A DNA stretch of 63,039 nucleotides, the filler included, from Reticulomyxa filosa (lineage: Eukaryota > Protista > Foraminifera): the NCBI GenBank assembly GCA_000512085.1. It is 24 parts of 24 records of this genome, joined end to end, with 100 filler letters (N's around TTAATTAATTAA, not from the genome) between each part and the next. Parts side by side here need not be neighbours in the genome. Positions count along the whole stretch, not along the records: positions 8,813 to 14,020 come from ASPP01020072.1; positions 14,121 to 15,685 come from ASPP01018034.1; positions 15,786 to 17,080 come from ASPP01016148.1; positions 17,181 to 22,132 come from ASPP01009153.1; positions 22,233 to 23,359 come from ASPP01012475.1; positions 23,460 to 24,459 come from ASPP01037907.1; 18 more parts are not named here. One strand, given 5' to 3'. The notes under the pieces are model-generated. The model searched no databases, had not been told where the DNA came from, and worked only from the letters and a program-made list of their open reading frames with translations. Positions within the stretch are counted from its first letter, which is position 1. The number at the start of each line of letters is the position of its first letter. Positions 11,200-23,611 of the stretch are shown piece by piece. Both the position numbers and the translations under genes were made by a program.

Positions 11200-12500
11200 A
11201 TGTTGAACTTGGAGGTTGAAGACAACCGCAACGGGTATGTACACGTAGTGTTGGTGCTGTTGCAAAGGAACGTCGACTTGGAGCATTTTTGTGATGGGAG
11301 CACCCTTTGTATTGGGCGGCGTCCCGAGGCCATGTCGGAGTTGCCCATGAGCTGTTAAGGTATGGGGCCAACCCCAACGCAGTGAATTTGAAGGTTGGAC
11401 TGCGATTATGAATGCATCGTACTTGAACATTTGGAAATTGTCAAATGTTTATTGGAGTATGTTATCGATATGGATAAATCTAGGTATGACGATGTTTTTA
11501 TAAACAGTAAAGAGTAAGCTGATGTGTATACGTATGGCGTATGATTATCAAATATGCAATATATATCCTTGTGTGAACAGAAAAGAGTATGTAAGGACGT
11601 CATTGTATTGGGCATCACTCAATGGACGAGAATTCGTAGTTGATATTTTGTTAAAGTACAGAACAGACCCAAATCGAACTGATAAGAAAAACGGCACTCC
11701 ATTGATTTATTCGTCCAAACGGACATGAAAAAATATCTCAAATGTTGTTATACGTGGCAAACCCTTTCCATAAAGACAACAACGGAAAGTGTGCTATCGA
11801 TTATGCCGAAGAAAAGAGCGCTCAAGATCGTCATCACTTGCGTTGTTCATGCAGCAAGCTGGCAAATTTTATTTGAGTTTATGTCAATTGGTTCAACCTG
11901 GTTATTTATATACATATATACATGTATATATATTGAACACATAAACACATCCAAAAAATGCAATGAGAAAGGTGCTGCGGAAATATGAGGAATTGCGCCA
12001 TCGTATCCGATGGTCCGACAACAACTAAAATCAGTATTATACATGCGTGAGCTGGAAAATGCGGAGATGGAAATAAATGAATTCTGTGAAGTACTTTGCA
12101 TAAAGTTGAATGAGTATTTGCTTCAAAGGAATGACAGCACCAAGGGCGGTGGCGATAAGAGCAAGACTACGTACAGCAATGGAGCGAAGGCAAAAGAGAA
12201 AGAAAAGTGTTGAAAGCGTTGAAATAGATATTGAAAATGTGCGAAAGGATCTAACAATTTGAACATCTCGTTGCAAGAGTTGCATCATACGTATCAAAAG
12301 AATGAAGAGAAATACCGCGAATTGACGCAAGGAGAACTAGAAATCGAGTTGGAGTTGGAAGCGTTGAAAAAGTAATTGGAACAGACTCAAACCAATAAAA
12401 ACAAGTTGAAGAAGAAAAAAGGCGACATGCAAAATTTGTACAACACTTTGGATCACACAGAAAAAGAATTGAATGGTAAATATGCCTCTGTATGTTACAA
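11200..12500 (+). pseudogene. Degraded ankyrin-repeat + coiled-coil gene
   Basis: Fragments LLRYGANPNAVN, TSLYWASLNGREFVVDILLKYRTDPNRTDKKNGTPLIYS and a downstream heptad-rich stretch, broken by many stops and frameshifts. Confidence 0.6.
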
Positions 12501-15500
12501 GCAGGTAAACCTTTTTTTTTCCGTTTCAAGTGTGGTTCAATTAAAACAACAAACCTGTGGGGAAAAAAATGTATATATTCTGCAAATTCATTTCGTAGAA
12601 ATCGATAGTTGCCTTTATGTTGGCGAAGAGTTGTAATTGGTCGGCAAGCACGTACGACGGAATACAAGGAACATTGCATTTGTTCGGTGGCGTACGTATG
12701 TTTTTCCATGCTGACGCAATGTTGTGGTCGACAGTGTTTTTCTACAAAACGGAAGTTAATTCCAAAAGCAAGCCCGTGGTCTGGTCATCGTTGTTCTTGA
12801 GTGGATCAATTTGATTTTCACTTGTTGTTTGTCCTTTTGAACCACATCACCTGTATTTTAAAAAAAAAAGTGAAGAATTTATTGTCATCAAGACTTTTTT
12901 TTTGAAAAGTTCAAAAAAAAAATTATGTGTACGTAGTTCTGTCAAAAGCATTTTAAAAAAAATAATAAAAATAAGAATTATAAAAAATAGTGGTAAAGAT
13001 ATTTAAAGGAGATATATAATGTATACCTGTGTATGTACATATACAATTTAAATAGATTGCTATTACAGCATTGACAATCTTTATGGTCGTTTGGTTTTTG
13101 CTAATAATTTTTGGGCAATCAGTGATAATTCAATAAACTCACATTGTTTCGAATTCCAATGCTAATATACTTTCATATTTATAAAAATAAAAAGCATTTT
13201 ATAGTGCAATTTTTCGTGTATAATCCGAATATCAAACAAAAAATTCATTTTGGAATCTCTATCATCAATAAAAAACCGTTTTTTCATTCACCTTACTTTT
13301 TACATTGTGGTATGTTGCGTAAAAAAAAACCAAAAATTGAAAAATTAATCATTCGAACCCTTGGTTCGCATGACCAATTTTTTAATTTTCGTTTTTTTCT
13401 CTTTTTTTTTTTTAATATGTAAGCAGTTAGTTCGATGAATTTTATGTTTTTACTGAAAAATATTTTTTTATTCAATTTAATTTTTTTTGCTTTTTATTTT
13501 TAGTTGCATTTTATCAATAATAGTTGAAAATTGTAGTTTATTATTATTACTATTATTTTTAGCGTATTTGCATGTATTTGTAATGATAGACTTATTATAT
13601 ATTTATCTGTTCAATTAAAAACTTTGTATAAGTTATCGTAGTTATTGATTATTTTTTTTTTTATTATGCTATTTTTTATTACTATGAGTTTGTTAATTTG
13701 GTGTCTGTTGGTTTACTTGGTATTATCTGAATCGGATGGCCGAAGAGTATCTGTTTACAGATCATGTCGATAATCAGTCAAAAATTTTGATTTTAACGTC
13801 TTTCTACAAAGTGAGTAAATTATCAGTAGTTACGACAGTTATTTTTATTATAACATTAAACTTGTTTAAAGGAATTATCAAGTACACATTATACATTCTT
13901 ACAAGTGTGAAGTAAATATTTAAATGATAGAAATGCTCAAATATATATATGCTAGTTAGTGAATGAAATGCATTGATTTTAGTTCAATCAAAAAGGATCA
14001 AATCATTCAAACAACTCTCTNNNNNNNNNNNNNNNNNNNNNNNNNNNNNNNNNNNNNNNNNNNNTTAATTAATTAANNNNNNNNNNNNNNNNNNNNNNNN
14101 NNNNNNNNNNNNNNNNNNNNGTGTATTGTGTACATCGCAATTGTTTTACATTTTGTTTTTTTTTAGTTGGGTGAGAAAAGAGAGATCGTCTCAAAAATTG
14201 ATTGGGTGCCTTTGATTTGTAGTCAAGTAAACAAGATGTGAAGCCTTTTCAAAAAGATAACTGACAACTCTAAGTACTTGCAAAGTGCTTGTAATGTTGC
14301 AGCTGGGCCATGACGAATGGGTCGAAGATGTTGAAGCGATAGGAATATAGTAAGGAAATGAGGAGCTGTTCGCCAAACGAGTTGGTCCACTTGAACATGC
14401 TCAAGTCTCAGTTCGCTCTTTATTTTTTTAAAAAAAGTTTGTGCATATCTTGAGTTGCTGTGAAGTGACGATATTGTTCATGCATTAAGGGGAAGTTGTC
14501 CCAAGATTGCATTGATACAAATTCTTCACAACGGGCATGTGCGTATATGTATACCATGGAGCCACTGACAGTCACTTGTTCCGTCCTCTCGAAAGCGCTG
14601 CTTTGCTATTTGCGCGCTTTCTTGTTGGCAATTTCAATGATTTGTTCGACGTTTTCGTTAGCAAATGTATATCCTTTTGTACAAGAAGATCTCATGTTCA
14701 TGATTTGACAATGTTCTCAAAACAACATGATGACATCAATTTGCTCTTGAAATAAACAGAAAGTATCATGATCTTAGTTTTTTTTAAACTTTAGTACGTG
14801 ACGAAACTTGCACTTATTTCAATTGTGTAAAAACTTCAGCAAAATTTTTATTACAAATAATTTCTTAAAAAAAATTATAAAATTTACTTCAGAAATGATT
14901 GTATTTGCTTTATTTTGAAAACATCAACGAAAGGTTTCTAAAAAGAGTCTAGTTTCTTTTTTTTCTTGTCTTTTATGTTCATACTTAAGTCAAAACTTAA
15001 AAGAAATGCTGTGGTTTCATACAAAAGTGAAAGAATAATCGAATCTGCGTGGCATACTGTCTAACAAGACATCTACAAGAGTTTTTTTAAAAAAAATAAA
15101 CAGTCTTTTCACCTGTTGTATTCCTCTTGAAATCTCCATATTTAATTCAAAGCAACCAACCACTGCGAAGATGATACTCAAGTGCAGAAATTCGTGTGAA
15201 TACGCCACAACCTTTGCAAATCTCTGAATCTCTTTCGATAGTCATTGCAATCTCACGTTGTCCAGCACTTTTGCTGAACGAAGAGAAATTTAACAATATG
15301 ATAATCATCAAGTGTTTGGAAAAGTAAACGAGTATCACTTTTCCAAAAGCAAACATATGAATAGCATGACTTGTACACAAAATGAATAAATATAACCATT
15401 CACTTAGGTGATATTTTTTTCATTGAATTCGTCATATTGACAAAAGAAAAAGTGTTGATCCCTTTTTTAAAAAAGGAAAAGTTGCTCAACCAATTGTTCG

Positions 15501-15819
15501 CCAAAAAGAAAAAACATCATCCGTTATTTCATTCCATTCAAACAACTTGATAAAATTTTTGTTAAAAAAACTCTGTAAAAAAAACTCTAAAAATTTTAAA
15601 CACCCCTACATCTTAATTTTATCACAACCGTCAAGTGGAAAAAGTTAAAACATGGGTAAGAGAATAAAAGCAACTATTGGTGACGNNNNNNNNNNNNNNN
15701 NNNNNNNNNNNNNNNNNNNNNNNNNNNNNTTAATTAATTAANNNNNNNNNNNNNNNNNNNNNNNNNNNNNNNNNNNNNNNNNNNNAAAAAAAAAAAAAAA
15801 AAGCGAAACTTCCTAAATT

Positions 15820-16587
15820 TTTTCCCCAATAAAAAGCACAAACGACCAGGGCTTGCCCAGCACAAATGCTGACGTCGCAGCCTACATAGCGCGTGATAGC
15901 GTTAGTGATTTGCAAACAGTCCTGACAAGACGTGAAATCGGTCTTGCTTCCGGAACACGTGCCGATGTCGAAATTGAACTTGGAGCACTCGCTCGTCCAC
16001 GAGCTAAAGACTTGGTTGAAGGCGTCTGTGCCACCGCCGTTGCCTCGATCTTGCCAACTCGCGACGGTCGCGTACAATTGTGTAATGTTCACATACTGGT
16101 TCAACGTACTGATTTGCGGCTTACGAAAAGGCGAGGCTCGATATATCGCGATTTGCTGTGACCGACCGACGCCCAAAGGGTTGCAAGACCCTGTCGCGTT
16201 CATTGCAACCATACGTAATCCTTCGTCCCAAATCATCGCCTCCATGTTATAAGCCTTCTTTCCCCAAATGGCGCCACTGACGGCAATGCTGCTACGCAGC
16301 GAGTTGAAAGAGCGCAAAATGGCCATTCGATTGATAATCGTGTTGGTTCTGGTGGGCGCTTTGGTGGGTGCCCACGTGGGCGTCAGTCCATCTGTGCACG
16401 TTTTCGGCGCAGGAGACGGTGTGCACTTGCCCCCTCCCCCGGCGTAATTGCACTTTCATAGTCCAAACATGGGCAATTCGAACACAAGTTATTTTGGCAA
16501 TTGCCACCAGTGTCTGTCGGACAACGTTGACAATAGCTCGTACCCGTGCGGAATAATTTCGCTAATTGTATGTTGTTTAATGTGTAC

Positions 16588-16619
<32 letters not shown>

Positions 16620-16654
16620 GTATATATATTTATTTGTTTATTTATTTATTAATA

Positions 16655-16687
<33 letters not shown>

Positions 16688-17070
16688 TTCCTCGTTTCCC
16701 GTCTTTCTCTTTTATGCAAAACTGAACAGCTTGGGTTAGTCATATTAAACATGGATGCCCAGTACCACTCGCATGTTACCAGCACGGCGTTGTACGCGAT
16801 GATGCTGCCACTACTGCTTTTCACAGTCGGACATAATTTTGCTGCGCATCCTACCCAGCGGGTGATCGCGTCCATCACTATTCAAACCATTGTTTCTTTC
16901 TGTTTGTCTCTTTGTTTTTTCTGTTTGTTTGTGTTTGCTTTGGAACGTAACATTGAAAGCAGTTTTGACAAGCTGATTGATCCGTACTGCTTCCTGCACA
17001 TGTTCGCATGGAGTAAGAATACGAGTTACATTGTTGTTTCCATGCATTCACTGCGTTCTTTCGCATTCAT
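15820..17070 (-). CDS. Cys-rich CAP/SCP (PR-1/CRISP) family protein with two tandem CAP domains, partial and spliced
   Basis: The CAP C-terminal signature occurs twice: DAITRWVGCAAKLC...VLVTCEWYW and NAITRYVGCDVSIC...LVVCAFYW. Also MEAMIWDEGL and a Cys-rich linker GTSYCQRCPTDTGGNCQNNLCSNCP. Confidence 0.7.
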
Positions 17071-17879
17071 CAAAAAAAAANNNNNNNNNNNNNNNNNNNN
17101 NNNNNNNNNNNNNNNNNNNNNNNNTTAATTAATTAANNNNNNNNNNNNNNNNNNNNNNNNNNNNNNNNNNNNNNNNNNNNTTTTTTTTTTTAGCATACGT
17201 ATCGATTAATTTTTTTTGTTGAGAAATTGTTTGATTGTGGATTAAGATAATGGCTGTTTGGTTTGTTTTATGAATTGTTTGTCACACTTACACATTGCCA
17301 AACAAAAAGGAATTGTTTGAAGAGACCTTGCTTAACAAATTCATAGACGACACAAACAAGGGCTTGGCTTTTCTAAATATGAAATTGGTTTTATAATAAC
17401 TTTTTTCTATGTTAATAAAAAATTGTTTCTTTAAATGATTTTTCAAAATTTCGCATGGATGCATTTAAATCGAACATGTATTGTTGTACATGCATGATGT
17501 TGTATGACGCTTCAAGATAAATTAAAATTAACTTTAAGCGACAGTAAAAACTACAAACAGACTTTTCAAGAAGATTTTTATGTTTATCTTAATCATAATT
17601 TCATTTTGTCCAGAAGCGTATTACGCAAATTAGGGTATTTATTGAAATTAGAACATGCATTCGGATGTAGAATTGGATAGTCAAGATTTGTCGTCATTAC
17701 TTGATATCGGTGTAAACAACGATAATATATATATTAAAAACAAAGTCCAAGCGGTAGATGAAAATAAAATCGAATATAGTACAGCAACCCAAAATGATAA
17801 CATTGATACAAATGCAAAACTTGATAGTAACGACTTAGAATTGAATATATAGAAGAAAAACACAAAGTAGAAATGGTAA

Positions 17880-18240
17880 TGAGAACAACAATCAACATAA
17901 AGATAAAAAAATATTAAAACAATTATTGATAAAAAATCAAAAGTTAGTATCATTTGGCAAATTTGACATTGGACAAATTATAAATTCAGAAATGAAAATA
18001 GAATTAAAAACTGCAATAAAACAAATTAAACAAAAACAATAATATATAAACCAAGCACCAAGAGTAACTGAAAAGTCAAGTTATTGAATTGGAAAAAGAA
18101 GATATTATAATGAAAAGTTTATCACAACTTGCAACGTCAGTCTTGTTAGTAAATACAAATGTAACTTAAGTATATACGTCGACTATCGAGATTAAATCAA
18201 GCAACAGTACGTGATAAATGGGACACTTTCCTTGTTTGAA
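17880..18240 (+). mobile_element. Degenerate Ty3/gypsy LTR-retrotransposon reverse transcriptase relic
   Basis: Across frames: DIGQIINSEMKIELK..IKQKQ*Y, VIELEKEDIIMKSLSQLATSVLLV and IYVDYR/LNQATVRDKW. These match the gypsy RT N-terminal motifs (SPWASPVVLV, CVDYRxLNxxTxxD). Confidence 0.7.
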
Positions 18241-18846
18241 AATTTTAGTTTTTAGGAAGCAAATAATAATTGAGGTCTAATTTACTTTGACTATAATATT
18301 TTCTACATACAGCACAATAACTTTTGAATTTAAATATATAAGTATTCCAGAAAAATAAGTACATACATTGCACTTTTTATAATTTTTTTTATAACTTTGT
18401 TTTATTGATTTCTTGAAAGTGTTATGAAAGTGCATTATTCTTTATTACAAGTATTAATACAAATTTTCGTCTTGTGATCGATCATTTAAGTATTAGAAAT
18501 CAAATTTTTCTGTAAATGTTATTGTATATCGATATTATTATTGACAATCAATCCAAGATTGTGACAAGCTAAATGTGACAGCATCATCAACAAAAAATGT
18601 ACCAATACAATAATCATTGGAATATATCAACCAACGTGTGAATGAAAAAAGGTTAACAGGCATTTTTTAAAGATCACATTTTTAAGGCAGTGTTATTTAA
18701 AGTGAATTATCTCCAAATGTCAACAGAAACCAGTTTAGGAGCTTTTTTTGTGGTTTTCATTTGTTTTTTGCCAGTCAAAGAGTTTCTATACCGAGGTGTA
18801 AAAGTCCTTTTAGTTGCTTGCTGATCATTACAACTCTTTAAATTTT

Positions 18847-20185
18847 TTACCTTGCTTCTACAAGATTTTTTTGTTGGGTTTTCCTAGAAAACATCTTATC
18901 ACATTTGAAAAAGATAATTAACTTCTTTTTGGATTTCTCAAATCTTAAAGGAATTTGTTTTTTTGTTTGGGTGATATTGATATCTGCTTCAATGTCTTCG
19001 TACAATTTCTTTTGAACGTGTTCACAGACACTGTGAATCCAGTGTCGCCACAAGTGAAACGTTGTAGGGTCACATGATTTCATTATTGAGTGATGTAGTG
19101 CTTGCAATAAATACAGCATATCGGAGGATAACTCAAGTACCCCAATATCACTCAAAATTGCTTCATCTTCAGTGCTTTCCATGTCAAGAGGTGAATCAGT
19201 TTGGCTAATGTTAAGATGTTTTACGTTGGAAGTTTTTATATAATTACTATTGCCTCGTGATGTGTTACATTGCTCATTTTCAGCCAGTTTTTGATGTAGT
19301 GCTAATATTTGTCCTTTTTGTAATGAAATCTCCTTCATTTTTTCTGTTAGTTCTTGTTCTAACAGTTGATTTGATTTAGTTGTGGCTATCACTCCATTTA
19401 AATGTTCAATTGCTGTTTTGAAATATTTTTTTTTAGTTAGAAACCTTAAACGGTGTGTTTTTTAAAATTTAAGGAAAAAAATGTTTTCTAAACTCCTTGT
19501 TTGACTTGCAATAGTCTGCAACAACTCACTATTCTTTTGGTGCAAATGTGCGTATTTATTGTTCCACTCTTGGTGGAGCTTTTCAATGTTGGCAAACCTG
19601 AGGCACAAAAAATTTTATTATTTGACGAAGTGGAAGATTGACACTGTTTTCTTAGTAACCTGTTGCCATCTTCCAGCAACTTTTTTTGAAGTATTTCTTT
19701 ACAGTTATCCAAAGATTTTTTTAACGCTTCGTTTTCACCTTTCTGTGACACCAAAAAAACACTTTATTCAAACAAAATAAGAATTTAATCTACATAATAA
19801 AAATAACACATCTAGTTTATACCAGCATTTGGACTTTGTTGTCGCTTTCTTTAAATTGATTGGCCAATTGATGGTTGACTTCGATTAATTTATCATATTC
19901 CTCTCTTAATGTTTTGTATTGCTGAGATTTTTGTGACAATTGCATACTTAATGGAGTCATGTGACTGCATTTTTTACAAGAATGCTGGGCAGATTCTAAG
20001 GATTGACGGGACGTGGAAAAGTCAGAATTAGGAAGATTGCTACTGTTTTTCTTTTGAATAGTATCATCTGAAGTTAATAGATCGCTGGCTTTATCACACA
20101 CTCTTCCAGACAGTTCATCATCTGATTCAGAGTTAATGATATTTTTTAAACATTTACTCGCTAAAAACTTCATATACATCCACAA
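18847..20185 (-). CDS. Hypothetical coiled-coil protein (multi-exon)
   Basis: Three co-oriented ORFs (19817..20185, 19488..19754, 18847..19392) with heptad-rich Q/E/K sequence, separated by intron-like AT tracts. Confidence 0.5.
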
Positions 20186-20490
20186 ACTCTAATTATATGA
20201 AGCGCCAAAAGATTACAAAGACATTTTATCCACTTACACTATTATTTTTTTGATGCATCTAGAGAAAGATTTAGTAAACGTTTTTTTTGCAAAACAAAGA
20301 GTGAGTTTGATTGCGCATTATCTCAATCAATTGTAATAATGAACTCATCCAATAGTAAAACATTTTCTTATGCACTAAACATTAAACTTAATTTTTGCAA
20401 AGCACATTTAGATTTTTGCTACTTTTGTTGTTTATTAGCACAAACAAAAATTAAAATTTGCTTGATTATTTCCTTTTTTTCTTTTCCGTC

Positions 20491-22066
20491 ATGTCATCCA
20501 CCAAAAAGACACAAAAATCAATTACTACATTTGGGAAGACCAACGATGGTAAGCTAGTGATAACTTTCATCTTAACACTTTTAAAAAAGTATAATAAACA
20601 AAAGCGATACAATTCTGTCAGGAGTGGATGACGAATGTCTGAAACATATTATGAACACACATAAACCTCAAAACAATTGATTGTTTTTTTTAAAAACAAA
20701 AAGAACATTGAAATGCAAAGTAATGAAATTTTAGGAAGTAATATGATTCAAAAAGAGCCTTCTGCTAGTATCAATTCTGAGTGTAATGTTTGTAACAAAT
20801 TTTGACTTCAATTATGCCTTTTCTTTACACAAATTGGCAATCTCTTGCATAACATTAAACAACAAAGGAAGTAATCACAGAACCAAATATATTACACTCC
20901 GATGCCCAAGAGGTCAATCTTCTCAATGTAAGAGAAGAGCCTGCGCACGATATCAGAGTATCTATTGAATCAAAACCAACAGTGATAGATGACTTTGTTC
21001 GTAACTTTCTTGTACGCCACCACATGCTTGAGACACTGAATATATTTCAAAGAGAATGGTATAATATGAAGCAAGAACAAGAAAATAAAGACGATATAAT
21101 GAGCATCAATCTGAGCATCCCTGACATTTATCTTCAAAAAGAAAATTTAGAAAACAAAGTCCAGCAATTGGAACACGAATTGGAACAAGCGCGAAGAATT
21201 GTAGAAAAAGCTAAACAGACGTGGGAAAAGTTAAAAAAAGAGAGAGATTTTCACCGGATGCATCATCGTCGAGTTGTACAAGAAAAGAACATTTTGGTTG
21301 ACCAGCTGAAAAGACTAAAAAATGTATTCTAATATCTCGTATTACTTTTCTGACATCCTGTGTTTTTAAACATGTTTTCTTCATTCCAAAACAACTGCAA
21401 AAAATTTCTTTTTTTCAAAACTTTTTTTTTGTAGTTGAACCCTTTCTGTAAGATTTTGAAACAAAAAATAATGTGACCAAAGCCAATAAGTACTAAAACT
21501 GTGGCAAATATGATATCTTGGAAAAAATAGCAATATGAAACATACGACCCTACGATGCAGGCTTTAAAACAGAAATATGAACACATAATGAAAGAAAACA
21601 TGTTATTGAAAATCGAACGAGATAAAATACAATCAAAGATGGAGGCTTTGGCTCAGAGCCCAAGCGATTCATTGAATTTAATAGTTCCTCTGCAGAGTTC
21701 GTTAAAAATTAACAAGGGTATAAAAGGCGAGAATAAAACATTAAAGTCCTCTACGAACCGAGAACAAAAAGCTCTGATGCCAACGAAAAATGAAGTTTTC
21801 AAAATTAGTGATGAAGACAAATGCAAATTGGTAGGGATACTTTGTTTACTTGTGTGTTTTTGTGTTCTGTCAATCTAATCGTAACTGAGGAAAAAAAAAA
21901 ACAAAAACAAAACACTCTCTCGGTACAGCAAAAAAACAAGAAAGACACTCCGCTGCCTACAAAGTCTTTTGATAACCAACCTAAAAAAAGCAGTGGTGAA
22001 CCAAGAATAATCGAACAATATTCATTGCAGAAAATTATTACAGGTCATAACATGGGCATCTCACGG
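20491..22066 (+). CDS. SPAG16: PF20/SPAG16 flagellar central-apparatus WD40 protein, 5' portion (truncated by contig end)
   Basis: IDDFVRNFL...TLNIFQREWY, WEKLKKERDFHRMHHRRVVQEKN and YDPTMQALKQKYEHIMKENMLLKIERDK are characteristic PF20 N-terminal motifs. The first WD repeat begins at IITGHNMGIS. Confidence 0.88.
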
Positions 22067-22091
22067 TAGGTCATAATTTTTTTGGTACACT

Positions 22092-22130
<39 letters not shown>

Positions 22131-22329
22131 TTNNNNNNNNNNNNNNNNNNNNNNNNNNNNNNNNNNNNNNNNNNNNTTAATTAATTAANNNNNNNNNNNN
22201 NNNNNNNNNNNNNNNNNNNNNNNNNNNNNNNNAAAAAAAAAAAAAAAAAATTAAAAAAAATTGATGTTTCAATGGCATTCATTAACAACAAACTATTTGT
22301 TTTTTTTTTTTTTGCAAAAAAAAAAAAAA

Positions 22330-23215
22330 ATGTACAGAAGGGACACTGTCTTTTGCACTTGGCAATTCTCAACGAGCAGCCACATTTTGCCACCCGACTC
22401 TATACTCTCAAAAAATTTGTTCCGAAAAAAAGCTTTGACAAAATGATTACGTCAAAAGACAAAGTTAAAACAAACATCGCACAACTTTCCTCTTTTTTTT
22501 TTTTTTTTTTTGTAGGTTTAGATTTCCTCACAAAAAACAACAATGAAACATAACAATAAACATACATACATACATATACGCATATGTACATATGTATAAA
22601 TAAACCGTTAACCAAAAGAATGGATGGATCCCGTTAATGTATTTATTCTATTTTCAACACAGAATCGACGACAGCATTGTGGAGTTGTTGTTGCCCGATG
22701 AGGTGAAAGCAAAGAACGATCAGTCGTTTTGGGAATTAACTGACAATGTAAACTCTTTTTTTGGTAAATTTTTTGAAACGTGAAAAAAAAAACAAACTTG
22801 CCATGCGAGATGAACAAAACGTGGAAAACATCTTTGTTTGTTGATTTCTACAGAATGGAAACTCTTTATTGCAATTTTCCATTCAAAACGACAAGCCGCA
22901 CTTTGAACATCGATTGGAGTTACTAAAAAAATGGATGCCCAATGAGTCGTACCAAAAAATTGATCCGATCTACTGACGATGTTTGTTTTTCTTTTTTGTA
23001 TGAGATATTTAATTGGATAACGGAATAGAAAATATCTCATAACACTCCTTTATTTGTTTGTTACTACAAAATGACATATTTGTACAAAGGAGCAAGAACT
23101 CCGTTGATGTGTGCCTTTTATTTCCAACAAGAGATCTCCGATAGAGCTGTGGAATTGCTCTTGCCTCCAGAGAATAAGACCGACTCATCTTTCTGGGAGA
23201 TGAAAACTAAAGTTT
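22330..23215 (+). CDS. Ankyrin-repeat protein fragment (spliced)
   Basis: GHCLLHLAILNEQPHFA and GARTPLMCAFYFQQEISDRAVELLL. Confidence 0.55.
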
Positions 23216-23473
23216 CGTCACACATATACTCTCTTTCTCCTTTGTATCTGATTGGATGCGCATTGTTTTGTGAGGAAATTATAAAGGAAACAAATTCACA
23301 AACATATACTTTTACAAAAAACTACACTGATAATGTCGATGTTTGTCCCTTTTTTTTTTNNNNNNNNNNNNNNNNNNNNNNNNNNNNNNNNNNNNNNNNN
23401 NNNTTAATTAATTAANNNNNNNNNNNNNNNNNNNNNNNNNNNNNNNNNNNNNNNNNNNNTTTTTTTTTCTTAT

Positions 23474-23611
23474 TCAAACATCGCCTCCTTTCAGTTCCTC
23501 CTTTTTTTTAGCGACCTTACCATAAAAAGTCATGTAAAATGATAAGCATAAACCTATTACACCCAACAGGGCTGTTGGAAATGCCAATTCAACTACTTTT
23601 GCATCTACCAT
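23474..23611 (-). CDS. 45-aa single-pass membrane microprotein (possibly OST4-like)
   Basis: MVDAKVVELAFPTALLGVIGLCLSFYMTFYGKVAKKKEELKGGDV has one hydrophobic helix and a basic tail. Confidence 0.4.
   Translation of the reverse strand: MVDAKVVELAFPTALLGVIGLCLSFYMTFYGKVAKKKEELKGGDV

Noticed and set aside
13340-13385. ttcgaaccc/ggttcg motif as a tRNA T-arm
   Set aside because: No cloverleaf or acceptor stem can be built from the AT-rich flanks.
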